NCBI GenBank assembly: GCA_947630195.1
Contig: CANRGQ010000001.1
Coordinates: forward strand, 1 to 42,517
Source: an uncultured Bacilli bacterium
GTDB taxonomy: Bacteria > Bacillota_I > Bacilli_A > RF39 > UBA660
Reading direction: 5' to 3'
Length of the DNA: 42,517 nucleotides
A model generated the notes under the pieces. It did no database searches. It had not been told where the DNA came from and saw only the letters and a program-made list of their open reading frames with translations. Positions 25,229-35,374 of the stretch are shown here, piece after piece. A program made the position numbers and the translations under genes. Within the stretch, counting starts at the first letter, position 1; each line of letters starts with the position of its first letter.

Positions 25229-26596
25229 TTGAGTTTTGGAGAAAAATTAGCCACTTTAAGAAAAGAACATAATATGAGTCAAGAAGAAATGGCTCACAAG
25301 TTAAATGTTTCAAGACAAGCTGTATCGAAATGGGAAAGTAATGCGGCTTATCCGGAAACTGATAAGATTGTGGCTATCTGTAAATTGTTTAACTTTAGTA
25401 TGGATGAGTTAATTGGTTTAAAAGAGAAAGGAAGTTTTAAAGAAAGTAAAATTAAAAATACTTTTAATAATATTTTTGATAATTTTCTAAAAGGAATAAA
25501 GATGTTTTCACTTATGACTTTTACGCAAAAGTTAAAATGTCTTATGGAGATTATCTTTTATGCTCTTTGTTTAATTTTCTTGTATTTTGGTTTAAGGGTA
25601 ATTTTATCCTATATATTAAATGATATATTTTCATTTATTCCAATGGATATAATGGATTCTTTAATTAATATCTTTGAAGGACTTTTTACTTTTGGGTATT
25701 TAGTTTTGGCTATTTATTTAATTATGAAAATTTATAAGATAAGATATTTAGATTATTATGAGAATATTAAAGATGATGATAAAACTGAAATTAAAGTAAA
25801 TAATAAAGAAAATAAAAAAATAGATATTAAAGAAGAAAAAATAATTATGCGAGATTCTTCCGTTAATCCCTTCTTATGGCTTAAAAAATTATTTATATTA
25901 TTAGTTAAATTTTTCATAGGTTTATGGAGTATTCCTATCATTATTGGTTTAGTTCTTTTAATAACTGTTGCCATCTTTATATTATATTATTTAAAAAATG
26001 GTTTAGTTTTACTTTATGTTCTTTTAGGGGTTATAAGTATTATAATTATTACTTATTTAATTATTGAAATAATATTTAGATTTATCTTTAATATGAAACA
26101 TAACGCCAAAAGATATTTAATAACATTTACTGTTGGTCTAATTCTTGGAGGGGTAAGTTTAGGTTTGTTCCTAGGAGAGGTATCCCAATATAAGGTAACA
26201 AATGTTACCAGGTTAGAAGAATTAGATAATGAAATGACTATACCGATGCAAGATAATTTAGCAATTGAGCATTTAAATAATTCGGTAATTTTATTTGAAG
26301 ATCGAGAGGATATAAAAATAGAATACTATGTATTTAATAAAGATATAATTAATACTTATCCATCTTCTTGGAGTGATTTTGGTTATTTTGATAGAGAAAG
26401 AAGTTTTTATGTTATCGGGTATGGAGTGGAATATGAAGATTTAAGTGTAAGTAGTTTAATTAAGGCTACTTTAGATATGATTAGAAATAAAGAAATATAT
26501 GTTTATAAAGAAAGTGTTAGAATAGTTATTCATCTAAGTAAAGATAATTATAATAAAATAAAAGAAAATAATAGGATAATTGAAAAATGGTCTTAA
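25229..26596 (+). CDS. XRE-HTH domain fused to a polytopic membrane domain
   Basis: TTG start. The N-terminal HTH reads LATLRKEHNMSQEEMAHKLNVSRQAVSKWESNAAYPETDKIVAICKLF. Several TM helices and a C-terminal extracytoplasmic domain follow. Confidence 0.8.
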   Translation: MSFGEKLATLRKEHNMSQEEMAHKLNVSRQAVSKWESNAAYPETDKIVAICKLFNFSMDELIGLKEKGSFKESKIKNTFNNIFDNFLKGIKMFSLMTFTQKLKCLMEIIFYALCLIFLYFGLRVILSYILNDIFSFIPMDIMDSLINIFEGLFTFGYLVLAIYLIMKIYKIRYLDYYENIKDDDKTEIKVNNKENKKIDIKEEKIIMRDSSVNPFLWLKKLFILLVKFFIGLWSIPIIIGLVLLITVAIFILYYLKNGLVLLYVLLGVISIIIITYLIIEIIFRFIFNMKHNAKRYLITFTVGLILGGVSLGLFLGEVSQYKVTNVTRLEELDNEMTIPMQDNLAIEHLNNSVILFEDREDIKIEYYVFNKDIINTYPSSWSDFGYFDRERSFYVIGYGVEYEDLSVSSLIKATLDMIRNKEIYVYKESVRIVIHLSKDNYNKIKENNRIIEKWS

Positions 26597-26665
26597 AAAA
26601 GGCCTTTTTTCTTGTAATTTTCACATTACTTTAATATAATTAAGTAGATTGTTAAGGAGATGCCT

Positions 26666-29600
26666 ATGTTAGAGATTAGAAACATTAAAAAAGAATACAA
26701 TACGGAAGGTTTTAAACAAAAGGCTTTAGATGGTGTTAGTGTTAATTTCAGAAAATGTGAATTTGCAAGTATCCTAGGGCCATCTGGAAGTGGTAAGACC
26801 ACCTTTTTAAACATCATTGGAGGATTAGACCATTATGATTCTGGTGATTTAATTATTAATGAAGTTAGTACTAAAAAGTTTAAAGATGCGGATTGGGATA
26901 GTTATCGTAACCACCGCATTGGTTTTGTTTTTCAAAGTTATAATCTTATTAGTCATCAAAGTGTTTTATCCAATGTCCGTTTAGCTTTAACATTATCTGG
27001 TATTTCTAAAAAAGAAGCTTTAGAAAGAGCGAAGAAGGCTTTAATAGAAGTTGGTTTAAAAGATCATATTTATAAAAAACCTAATCAACTTTCGGGTGGG
27101 CAAATGCAAAGGGTAGCTATAGCAAGAGCTTTAGTAAATGACCCCGAAATAATTTTAGCTGATGAACCCACCGGGGCCCTAGATAGTGAAACAAGTTTAC
27201 AAATAATGAATGTTTTAAAGAAAATATCTAAAGATAAATTAGTTATTATGGTTACGCATAATCCAGAACTTGCCGAAACTTATTCGACTAGAATTATTAA
27301 CTTAAAAGATGGGAAAATAATTTCCGATTCTAATCCTTATGATGGAAAAGTTAATACCAAAGAAGATGGGGAAGAAAGTAACCGGAAAAGAAATAAAACC
27401 AAAATGAAATTCTTAACGGCTTTAAGTTTATCTTTTAATAACTTAATGACGAAAAAAGCCAGAACCTTACTGGTATCCCTAGCGGGTTCCATTGGGATTA
27501 TTGGTATTGCTTTAATTATGTCTGTTTCCACTGGTTTTCAAAATTATGTGGATTCCATTCAAGAAGAAACGATGACTTCATACCCTTTAACGATTATGAG
27601 TGAAACTGGTGATTTAACAAGTGCCCTTTTATCAATGCAAGGGGGAAGTGCCGAAAATGTAACGGAAGGAACAGTTGTCGAAAGACAAAATATTTCTTCG
27701 ATGCTTTCCAGTATTAGTACCAATGATTTAAAAAGTTTTAAGAGTTATTTAGAAGATAATTACAAAAAAATAGATAAAGATATTGCGAACTTAAAATATA
27801 CCTATAGTATAAGTCCTAATATTTATACGATTGATGAAACTAAAGAAATAGTTAAAGTAAATCCAAGTAGTTTATTTACCTCAATTATGGGTTCCAATGG
27901 TTTAATGAGTTCAATGTCATCTTTTTCTTCCGTTTATTCCGAAATGGTTGATAATACCAAAGAGATTGAAGAACAATATGATGTTTTAAAAGGAAGATAT
28001 CCCAAAAACTATGATGAAGCAATCATTGTTTTATCAGATAAAAATGAAATATCTGATTTACTGGTTTATTCTTTAGGTTTAAGAGATAATAATGAACTAA
28101 CCGAAATGGTTAATAACATTATGAATGGTAAAAGCAATAGTGTTACTAATGAACCAATGACTTTAACTTATGATGATTTAATGAATATTGATTTAAGAGT
28201 AGTTATGCCTAGTGATTTATATAAATATAATAATGAATATAATATCTATGAAGATATGAGTGCCAACAAAGATTATGTTAAAAATGTTTATAATAAAGCC
28301 TTAAAATTAAAAATAGTGGGAATTCTTGCTCCGAAAGAAGGTAGTATGAATACCATGGCTTTAAATCCCGGAGTTAATTATACATCCGCTTTAACCAAAT
28401 ATATAATTGATTATGCCAAGACGCAAGATGTCGTTAAAAAACAAATAGCAAATGAAGATGTTGACGTTTTTTCTGGTAAGAAGTTTACCGATAAAAATAA
28501 AAAAGTTAATTTTGAATTTAAAGATTTAATGGAAATTGATGAAGAAAAACTCCAAAGTGCTTTTAATATAAATATAGATCCTAAAGTAATGGAAGAAAAA
28601 ACTAAAGGATATATGGAAGAAATATCTAAATCTATTACTACTGATACGAGCGGCGCCACGAATGCCTTTAAAGAAAATTTAGATGCTTTTTCTAAAGATA
28701 TATTTGCGAGCGTAAATGAATTTAGTTTAAGTGAGGTAAATACATTAGTGGATAATTATTTAAATAAAGAAGATGTTTTAAATAAATTAAAAACAATGGA
28801 AACAAATTATGTTATCCCAATGGATACTTTAAAAACTACTTATAAAGGATTATTAACATCATTACTTAATGCCTATATTACGGGATACAATGAATTTATG
28901 AAAACAACTAATTCTGAATTTGTGGTAGATACGACAATTGAGGAATTAAAAAATACCGTTATTGATAGTTATTTAAAAAGTGCTGCCATTTTAGCTACAA
29001 ATGAGAAAATGGGTAGTGCTATGACGGAAGCTAAAATGCAAAAAGACATTTTAACTAAAGTAGGAGAACTTACAACTGTTTATACCAGTTCTCTTGCAAG
29101 TTCCTTTAATGTTGACCAAAGTAAAATAGCCTCAGCTTTTAAATTAAAATATACCGAGGAAGAATTAACGAGAATTGTAAGTGCGATGATGAGTCCAAGT
29201 GAAGCCTCTGCAAGTAGTAATTTATTATCTTTAGGCTATCAAGATTATGAAGAACCAACGGCCATGTCTTTCTATTTTACGGATTTTGATGGTAAAGAAG
29301 ATTTCTTAAGTTTCTTAGATAATTATAATGATAGTGTGGAAGAAGAAAAGAAAATTAATTATACGGATATGACTGGCATATTAATGGATTCGGTTAAGAC
29401 AATCGTTAATGCGGTAAGTTATGTTTTAATTGCTTTTGTTTCTATCTCTTTAGTCGTATCTAGTATAATGATTGGGGTAATTACTTATATCTCTGTTTAT
29501 GAAAGAACAAAAGAAATTGGTATTTTAAGAGCGATTGGAGCCTCAAAAAGAAATGTTTCATCTATCTTTAATGCCGAAACCTTTATTATTGGTCTTTTAT

Positions 29601-29818
29601 CTGGAACCTTAGGTATTGGAATTTCCTATGCTTTTATTCCAATTATTAATGCTGTCCTTCATCACTTTACCGGAAATATTCCACTTTCAGCATCCCTTGA
29701 TATAAGTAAAGCTTTAATCTTAGTTATCTTAAGTGTTATCTTAACTTTAATTGGAGGATTAATTCCTGCAAGAGCAGCTTCAAAGAAAGATCCAGTGGAA
29801 GCTTTAAGAACAGAATAA
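26666..29818 (+). CDS. Fused ABC transporter: MacB/LolD-like ATPase plus FtsX-type permease with a very large extracytoplasmic domain
   Basis: Walker [10 protein letters not shown], signature LSGGQMQR, Walker B ILADEPTG, and a C-terminal FtsX helix bundle. I prefer the second ATG at 26666, 7 nt after AAGGAG; the track start is 26660. Confidence 0.85.
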   Translation: MLEIRNIKKEYNTEGFKQKALDGVSVNFRKCEFASILGPSGSGKTTFLNIIGGLDHYDSGDLIINEVSTKKFKDADWDSYRNHRIGFVFQSYNLISHQSVLSNVRLALTLSGISKKEALERAKKALIEVGLKDHIYKKPNQLSGGQMQRVAIARALVNDPEIILADEPTGALDSETSLQIMNVLKKISKDKLVIMVTHNPELAETYSTRIINLKDGKIISDSNPYDGKVNTKEDGEESNRKRNKTKMKFLTALSLSFNNLMTKKARTLLVSLAGSIGIIGIALIMSVSTGFQNYVDSIQEETMTSYPLTIMSETGDLTSALLSMQGGSAENVTEGTVVERQNISSMLSSISTNDLKSFKSYLEDNYKKIDKDIANLKYTYSISPNIYTIDETKEIVKVNPSSLFTSIMGSNGLMSSMSSFSSVYSEMVDNTKEIEEQYDVLKGRYPKNYDEAIIVLSDKNEISDLLVYSLGLRDNNELTEMVNNIMNGKSNSVTNEPMTLTYDDLMNIDLRVVMPSDLYKYNNEYNIYEDMSANKDYVKNVYNKALKLKIVGILAPKEGSMNTMALNPGVNYTSALTKYIIDYAKTQDVVKKQIANEDVDVFSGKKFTDKNKKVNFEFKDLMEIDEEKLQSAFNINIDPKVMEEKTKGYMEEISKSITTDTSGATNAFKENLDAFSKDIFASVNEFSLSEVNTLVDNYLNKEDVLNKLKTMETNYVIPMDTLKTTYKGLLTSLLNAYITGYNEFMKTTNSEFVVDTTIEELKNTVIDSYLKSAAILATNEKMGSAMTEAKMQKDILTKVGELTTVYTSSLASSFNVDQSKIASAFKLKYTEEELTRIVSAMMSPSEASASSNLLSLGYQDYEEPTAMSFYFTDFDGKEDFLSFLDNYNDSVEEEKKINYTDMTGILMDSVKTIVNAVSYVLIAFVSISLVVSSIMIGVITYISVYERTKEIGILRAIGASKRNVSSIFNAETFIIGLLSGTLGIGISYAFIPIINAVLHHFTGNIPLSASLDISKALILVILSVILTLIGGLIPARAASKKDPVEALRTE

Positions 29819-29822
29819 AAAT

Positions 29823-29843
29823 AACCCGAACAATCGGGTTTTT
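29823..29843 (+). terminator. Rho-independent terminator after the ABC transporter gene
   Basis: AACCCGA-ACAA-TCGGGTT followed by TTT. Confidence 0.65.
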
Positions 29844-29930
29844 GTGTGTCTTTTAATATTTCCAAAGTTTTTGCATTAGACTACAAAAACTTTATAAAAT
29901 TAACACTTTTTTGTATTTTTGTACAAAAAC

Positions 29931-29959
29931 TTTACATTTTTAATTAGAAGATGTATAAT
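29931..29959 (+). promoter_or_regulatory. Promoter: TTTACA, 17-nt spacer, TATAAT
   Basis: Read directly, 23 nt upstream of the 29982 ATG region. The -35 overlaps the second copy of a 12-bp direct repeat ACAAAAACTTTA (29883-29894 and 29922-29933). Confidence 0.55.
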
Positions 29960-29981
29960 ATAAATAGAGAGGAAAATTAAC

Positions 29982-31187
29982 ATGATTGAAAGAAATGAGT
30001 ATTTAGATGTCTTAAAAAGATTTAAGGATAAAGAAATAATCAAGGTAATAACTGGTATTAGAAGATGTGGAAAATCTACGCTTTTAGAATTATATAAAGA
30101 ATATTTACTTAATAATGGTGTTAAAAAAGACCAAATAATAAGTATCAATTTAGAAGACTTAAAATATAATTTTCTAACTGATTATATGTCTTTATATAAT
30201 TATATAAATGATAATTTAAAAGATAATAAGAAAAATTATGTTTTTATCGATGAAGTTCAAAAGATAAATGAATTTCAAAAAGCGGTGGATAGTTTATATA
30301 TAAAGAAAAATGTTGATTTATATATAACAGGCTCTAATGCTAATTTGTTATCTAGTGAACTTGCCACTCTTTTATCCGGAAGATATATCGAAGTCAAAAT
30401 GTTACCTTTATCATTTAAAGAATATAAAAGTGTTTATAAAGATTTGTCTAATGAAGAATTATATCGTAAATATATTTCTTTTGGTTCCCTTCCTTTTACT
30501 ACTTCTTTAGAAACAGAAGATGATGTAAATATCTATTTAAGTAGTTTATATAATGACATTATCATAAAAGATGTTATGACAAGGAAAAAAATAACTGATG
30601 AAACAATGCTTCGAAGTGTGGCAAATTTTGCGATGGATAATATTGGTAATTTAGTATCAATAAATAATATTGCGAGTACGCTTGCTAGTGATGGCCGAGA
30701 TATTAATGTTCGCACTATTGAAAGATATTTGGAAGGATTTACGGAAAGTTACTTTCTTTATAAAACTACTAGATATGATATCAAGGGTAAACTTTATTTA
30801 AAAACTGGTGAAAAATATTATGTAACTGATTTAGGACTTAGATACTTTATCTTAGGACGTAAATTAGGAGATTATGGTCATGTATTAGAAAATGTTGTTT
30901 ACTTAGAACTTTTAAGAAGAGGCTATGATGTCTATATAGGTAAGTTTGATAATTATGAAGTTGACTTTGTAGCCCTTAATAAAGATGGAAGGGTATATAT
31001 CCAAGTTACAGATACTTTAAAAGGCAAAGATGAAAATGATTCTAAAGTTTTAGATAGAGAATTAAGATCTTTAAAAAAGATAAATGATAATTATGAAAAA
31101 ATAATCTTAACATCAGATAACATACCTTTATCTAATGAAGATGGTATAAAAGTCCAAAATGTTTATGAATGGTTATTAGATAAGTAA
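29982..31187 (+). CDS. AAA-type ATPase with DUF4143-like C-terminal domain
   Basis: The P-loop ITGIRRCGKSTLL, Walker B VFIDEVQ, the ~400-aa length and the C-terminal VDFV motif match this widespread ATPase family as I recall it. Confidence 0.75.
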   Translation: MIERNEYLDVLKRFKDKEIIKVITGIRRCGKSTLLELYKEYLLNNGVKKDQIISINLEDLKYNFLTDYMSLYNYINDNLKDNKKNYVFIDEVQKINEFQKAVDSLYIKKNVDLYITGSNANLLSSELATLLSGRYIEVKMLPLSFKEYKSVYKDLSNEELYRKYISFGSLPFTTSLETEDDVNIYLSSLYNDIIIKDVMTRKKITDETMLRSVANFAMDNIGNLVSINNIASTLASDGRDINVRTIERYLEGFTESYFLYKTTRYDIKGKLYLKTGEKYYVTDLGLRYFILGRKLGDYGHVLENVVYLELLRRGYDVYIGKFDNYEVDFVALNKDGRVYIQVTDTLKGKDENDSKVLDRELRSLKKINDNYEKIILTSDNIPLSNEDGIKVQNVYEWLLDK

Positions 31188-31219
31188 AAAAGAATTGGTT
31201 TAAAATGCCAATTCTTTTG

Positions 31220-31666
31220 CTATCTATGAGGTTTTCTCTCATCAGTTGCGTATAATATATAGTCTACGGATACATTATAAAACGTTGCTAGGTCTTTTAA
31301 TATTTTTATTGGTATATCACAATAACAAGTTTCATAAGTAGAATAAGTAGGTCTACTTATAGGTAATTTTTCGGAAACTTCTATTTGTTTTAAATCTAAA
31401 TCATTTCTTATTTCACTAAGTCTATTCATATTATTAGTAATATTAACAATATTTGAGGGATAGTATTTGTTTTTATTATCAGTTAAACAAAGTATATAAT
31501 CTATAGAAACATTATAATAATTAGATAACTTCTTTAAAACAACAGTAGGGATATCGGTAATTTCATTCTCATATTGGGAATAACCATTTTGACTCATTTT
31601 AAGAAATTCCGCAATATCTTTTTGAAGCAAATTTTTTTCTTTTCTTAATTCTTTTAATCTATTCAT
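31220..31666 (-). CDS. Tandem double XRE-type HTH regulator
   Basis: Two HTH units: LKELRKEKNLLQKDIAEFLKMSQNGYSQYENE...VSIDYIL and LSEIRNDLDLKQIEVSEKLPISRPTYSTYETC...VSVDYIL. Confidence 0.8.
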   Translation of the reverse strand: MNRLKELRKEKNLLQKDIAEFLKMSQNGYSQYENEITDIPTVVLKKLSNYYNVSIDYILCLTDNKNKYYPSNIVNITNNMNRLSEIRNDLDLKQIEVSEKLPISRPTYSTYETCYCDIPIKILKDLATFYNVSVDYILYATDERKPHR

Positions 31667-31680
31667 AATTCATCATAGAA

Positions 31681-31770
31681 AAGTTAACATAAATATAAAA
31701 CTGCTTATTGATTTATGTTAAGTTTTACGATATAATTCTATTATAAAATATCGTATAATTTAACATAAAG
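31681..31770. promoter_or_regulatory. Operator-like repeats in the divergent intergenic region
   Basis: A 14-bp inverted repeat AAGTTAACATAAAT (31681-31694) / ATTTATGTTAAGTT (31711-31724) has one mismatch. A third copy TTTAACATAAAG lies at 31759-31770. ACGATAT/ATATCGT arms flank two TATAAT boxes. Confidence 0.5.
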
Positions 31771-31823
31771 ATTATTTAGGCAATATTGTATCGATAAATG
31801 CAACATAAAAAAGGAATGGTTAA

Positions 31824-32474
31824 ATGATAAAAGAAAAGTTGAAAAAAATTAATAATAAAGAATTAATATTACTAGTGATAATAGTATTTATTTTTATACT
31901 TTTGTTGTTATTTAAATTAATTATAAAAAGCACTCATGCTTATTATAATTATGAAATGGCTCCGGTACCAATATTTACGGGGAAAGTTGGAGATTTTGTT
32001 GGAGGTAAACTTGAACCTAGTCCTTATGAAGGTGATGCTGACATAAGCACTATTGTGTATGCTAATGAAGGGGAAGGATATCGTATTATAGATACCGTGC
32101 CTGTATTTGGCTTTACTTTGAATGAAAAGAAGACTAAATGTAAACCAGAAGCACTTCCATTTAGTGATATAGATATAACAGATGGAACAATAACTTATGA
32201 TGTAACAGAAACAACACCAAATCAAGTATCTTGTTACGTTGTATATGATTTATCTTCTGATGTCGTAGTTTATGCTTATAAACAAGATAGTTTAGGAACT
32301 AAAACATATAATAATAAAACTTATACATTAGTAAGTGAAATACCAACCAATTATAAGTATTCAGGTTTTACTTGTACAGACAAAGGTACTGAAATAAACT
32401 ATGATACCTCAACAGGAATAAGTTTCACAACTGATAAACCAAATATCTGTTATGTATATTTTGATGCTCAATAA
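31824..32474 (+). CDS. Secreted protein with TasA-like signal motif and two Cys-bracketed modules
   Basis: The N-terminal TM helix is followed by KSTHAYYNYE (compare G-T-F-A-Y-F-S-D). Modules: TKCKPEALPFSDIDITDGTITYDVTETTPNQVSCYVVYD and FTCTDKGTEINYDTSTGISFTTDKPNICYVYFD. Confidence 0.6.
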   Translation: MIKEKLKKINNKELILLVIIVFIFILLLLFKLIIKSTHAYYNYEMAPVPIFTGKVGDFVGGKLEPSPYEGDADISTIVYANEGEGYRIIDTVPVFGFTLNEKKTKCKPEALPFSDIDITDGTITYDVTETTPNQVSCYVVYDLSSDVVVYAYKQDSLGTKTYNNKTYTLVSEIPTNYKYSGFTCTDKGTEINYDTSTGISFTTDKPNICYVYFDAQ

Positions 32475-32492
32475 GGAAAGGAAGTATAGAAT

Positions 32493-33692
32493 ATGAAAAA
32501 GAAATTAATAATAAGATGTTTAATATTAATAATGTTGGTAGGAGTAATATATGAAATATCTACCATAGTAATATCATTTAACGAAAATAATACAATTCTA
32601 GAAGATATTGAAATAACCAATAATTTTAATAATAAAAAACAAATGATATCCATCAAAGTAGAAAACGATGATGATTATGAATATCATGATTATGAAGATA
32701 AAAGTAAGTGGCCTGATTCAACAAAATATACATATGCTGGTTCATTATGTACAGACTGGGGAGGAAACAATATAAATGAAAGTATAATCAAATTTGATGA
32801 AGTTAATTATAAAGCCACGATTACAACAAAAAGAACAGCCTATTGTACTTTATACTTTACCAAAGGGAAACCAGCATTAACAGTATTAAAAGATAAGGGT
32901 GGAAGTAAATTCAACTCTTCAAATGCAGTGTTTGGTTTATATAGATTCAATGGAACCCAAACAGATGTAACAAATCATATTTTAAATAACTTTGTCTGTT
33001 TTGGAACAACGGACATACAGACTTGTACAGGTTTTGATAAACAAACATATATGTATAGAATAATAGGGATAACAGATAATACAACAACAAATACAGATTT
33101 AGGATTAGAAGAAAATCAATTAAAAATAATAAGAGCATACCCTTCAAGTACAGATCAAGTATGGCATAGTAGTAATGGACCTGATGTCAAATGGGATGGA
33201 ACAAATCCAGTAGCTGATGTTCAAACATATTTAAATGGAAATTTTTTAAAAACAGAAAAAGCAAAATGGAAAAACAATTATTGGGAAGGAATAATAGATG
33301 AACCATATTGGTATATAGGAGATAACGCAAATTCAGGAGCAACAACAGAATCAGGAAAATCAACAGCAGTACATAAAGTAGGATTAATGTATAGAAGTGA
33401 TTATGTAAATGCAGGCCCTAATGAATATAATAATCTAACAAATTGGTTGTTTATAGCAAATGGAATGAGTGGAAACTCAATAGCAGATGAATGGACCATG
33501 ACTAGGCATGGTCAAAACAGTGTTACTGAAAAATTCGATTCGTGGTATGTTAATCAAATTGGTTTTTTGAATTGGGCTACAGTGAGTTCCAGTTCGGTAT
33601 CGGTTCGCCCAGTCTACTATCTAACATCCAATGTAACGCTAGCGGGAGAAGGAACAGAAACTAGTCCATTTATTATAACAAGTAAAAATTAA
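32493..33692 (+). CDS. Secreted/anchored protein: the same Cys-bracketed module plus a C-terminal domain ending in VRPVYYL
   Basis: N-terminal TM helix. The module reads SLCTDWGGNNINESIIKFDEVNYKATITTKRTAYCTLYF. The C-terminal EWTMTRHG...VSVRPVYYL recalls the W-x-x-[ST]...VRP-type domains common in gut Firmicutes. Confidence 0.6.
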   Translation: MKKKLIIRCLILIMLVGVIYEISTIVISFNENNTILEDIEITNNFNNKKQMISIKVENDDDYEYHDYEDKSKWPDSTKYTYAGSLCTDWGGNNINESIIKFDEVNYKATITTKRTAYCTLYFTKGKPALTVLKDKGGSKFNSSNAVFGLYRFNGTQTDVTNHILNNFVCFGTTDIQTCTGFDKQTYMYRIIGITDNTTTNTDLGLEENQLKIIRAYPSSTDQVWHSSNGPDVKWDGTNPVADVQTYLNGNFLKTEKAKWKNNYWEGIIDEPYWYIGDNANSGATTESGKSTAVHKVGLMYRSDYVNAGPNEYNNLTNWLFIANGMSGNSIADEWTMTRHGQNSVTEKFDSWYVNQIGFLNWATVSSSSVSVRPVYYLTSNVTLAGEGTETSPFIITSKN

Positions 33693-33901
33693 AATAATTT
33701 GGTATAAATAATAGACAAAGTTCGACAGTAATGTCGAATTTTGTCATAATATTAGAAGTTTTGACAACATTTGTCGAACGTGTTGATTTTATAAAAAATA
33801 TAAGTATAATAACGACTTAACGCAAGGATAATGCGTTGAAAAATACCTTTTATTTTCATCTAGTCACCTGACTATTATTGAAAAAGAAGGAGGTGTTGCT
33901 T

Positions 33902-34012
33902 ATGAAGATGAAGACTTTAGTAAAAGTATTATTCTTTATAGTTTTTATTCTTTTGTATTTGTTAATACTAAAAGATATAAAAACACCTACTTTGGTAATA
34001 TTACCAGAGTAG
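33902..34012 (+). CDS. 36-aa hydrophobic peptide MKMKTLVKVLFFIVFILLYLLILKDIKTPTLVILPE
   Basis: Not in the track. GAAGGAGGTG lies 6 nt before the ATG. A TTGATT-16 nt-TATAAT promoter sits upstream (~33783-33810). The hairpin AACGCAA-ACC-TTGCGTT plus a T-rich tail lies downstream (~34026-34042). Confidence 0.4.
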   Translation: MKMKTLVKVLFFIVFILLYLLILKDIKTPTLVILPE

Positions 34013-34102
34013 GATAGCAACTAAACAACGCAAACCTTGCGTTTCTTAATTTTATTATACTCGTAATTTAATAAAATTACAATGAATATTACTTATACTT
34101 TT

Positions 34103-35131
34103 TTAATTTGGTAAATTATATGGGTTAGAGATAAATACTCTTTTACCATTACTATCTAATTTATAATCTGCAATAGTATTTTCTTCAATAGTGATAGTAA
34201 ATCTTATTTCATAACCGACAATACCATCACCAGATTTATTAACAACAGCGGTTCTTAATCTATTTAATGATTTAGTACCTTCTAGTTTTAAATTTAAAGC
34301 ATCAATATCTTTTTGAATTCTAATAGTTTCAGTTTCTAATAATTTATTTATTTCTTGACTCATAGCATCTACTTTATATAAATCAAGACTTACAGCACAG
34401 TTATTAGAAGTAACATTAACTGCAACTAGATATTGATTAGTATCATATTCGCCATTACCATATTTACAATTTACAGGTTTTTCAGGTGTTGTTGGAGTTC
34501 CTGGTTCTTCTGTTGTAGTTTGTTCCCCAATAATAAGTTTAGTTTCAGAAACTGTTTGATTTCCCTCACCGTCTAAAGCTTCAATCTTAATGGTATAAGT
34601 ACCATTATCTTTATATGTAGAATAATCAACTATATTACCTTCTTCATCAATTCCGTTGTAGAAGTTTATTATACATTCAGTATCACTATTATCTTTACAA
34701 GAACTAACGAAGTCTTTAGCTGTGTATGAACCGTTTTTATTAATTCTTACTTCTTTTAAAGCGAGTTCTGGTCTTTCGGTATCCACTATTTTTAAGGTAG
34801 ATGTATATTCTTCATTATTAACAACTATTTTAACATCATAACTACCGACAGCATGAATATTAAAATCATCTGGGTAAACTACCTCAATATCATCAAGTTT
34901 AATATTTTCAATTCTTGAAAAGAAGATTTCCTTGGAAAATTCTTCATTTATTTCGGATGTTACTTCACTTTTAATACTTAAGTTACTTTGGGGTTCATTT
35001 TGATTTTCCCCTTGGAAATTACGCGTTAAAACAAAACAAACGATAATGCCGATGATGCATGCCGCAATTACAACAATGTTTATGATTGTTCTTTTCGAAT
35101 TATAGACTCTGGTATTAAAAAACTTTGCCAT
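34103..35131 (-). CDS. Membrane-anchored protein with Ig-like extracellular domains
   Basis: N-terminal signal-anchor IINIVVIAACIIGIIVCFVL. Beta-rich repeats follow (GSYDVKIVVNNEEYTSTLKIVD, GTYTIKIEALDGEGNQTVSETKLII), then a T/P linker. Confidence 0.6.
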   Translation of the reverse strand: MAKFFNTRVYNSKRTIINIVVIAACIIGIIVCFVLTRNFQGENQNEPQSNLSIKSEVTSEINEEFSKEIFFSRIENIKLDDIEVVYPDDFNIHAVGSYDVKIVVNNEEYTSTLKIVDTERPELALKEVRINKNGSYTAKDFVSSCKDNSDTECIINFYNGIDEEGNIVDYSTYKDNGTYTIKIEALDGEGNQTVSETKLIIGEQTTTEEPGTPTTPEKPVNCKYGNGEYDTNQYLVAVNVTSNNCAVSLDLYKVDAMSQEINKLLETETIRIQKDIDALNLKLEGTKSLNRLRTAVVNKSGDGIVGYEIRFTITIEENTIADYKLDSNGKRVFISNPYNLPN

Positions 35132-35245
35132 AATAAAAACCTCTTATTCTTTAATATATCTAAATAATACCATATTATGTGTTTAAAAAATAGTATTTAT
35201 TCTTTATTTTACACAAATTGCATACAATTTTAGAGAGGAAAATAC

Positions 35246-35274
35246 TTGCATATTTAAGGGTTTTATGGTATTAT
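35246..35274 (+). promoter_or_regulatory. Promoter: TTGCAT, 17-nt spacer, (TGg)TATTAT, for rplK-rplA
   Basis: Read directly, with an extended -10 TG. It lies ~100 nt upstream of the rplK GTG. Confidence 0.55.
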
Positions 35275-35374
35275 TTCTAGTGCAATTTATATATTGCCAA
35301 GTTAAGTGGGAGGGAAATGCGGATTTGCCCAAGACCACTTACACGAAAAAATTTATTTTATAGGAGGTGTTTTC

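Noticed and set aside
26595-26610. AAAAAAGGCCTTTTTT palindrome after the HTH-membrane gene as a terminator
   Set aside because: The stem would be almost purely A-T, with GGCC as the only loop. That is too weak to call, and the downstream ABC gene may well be co-transcribed.
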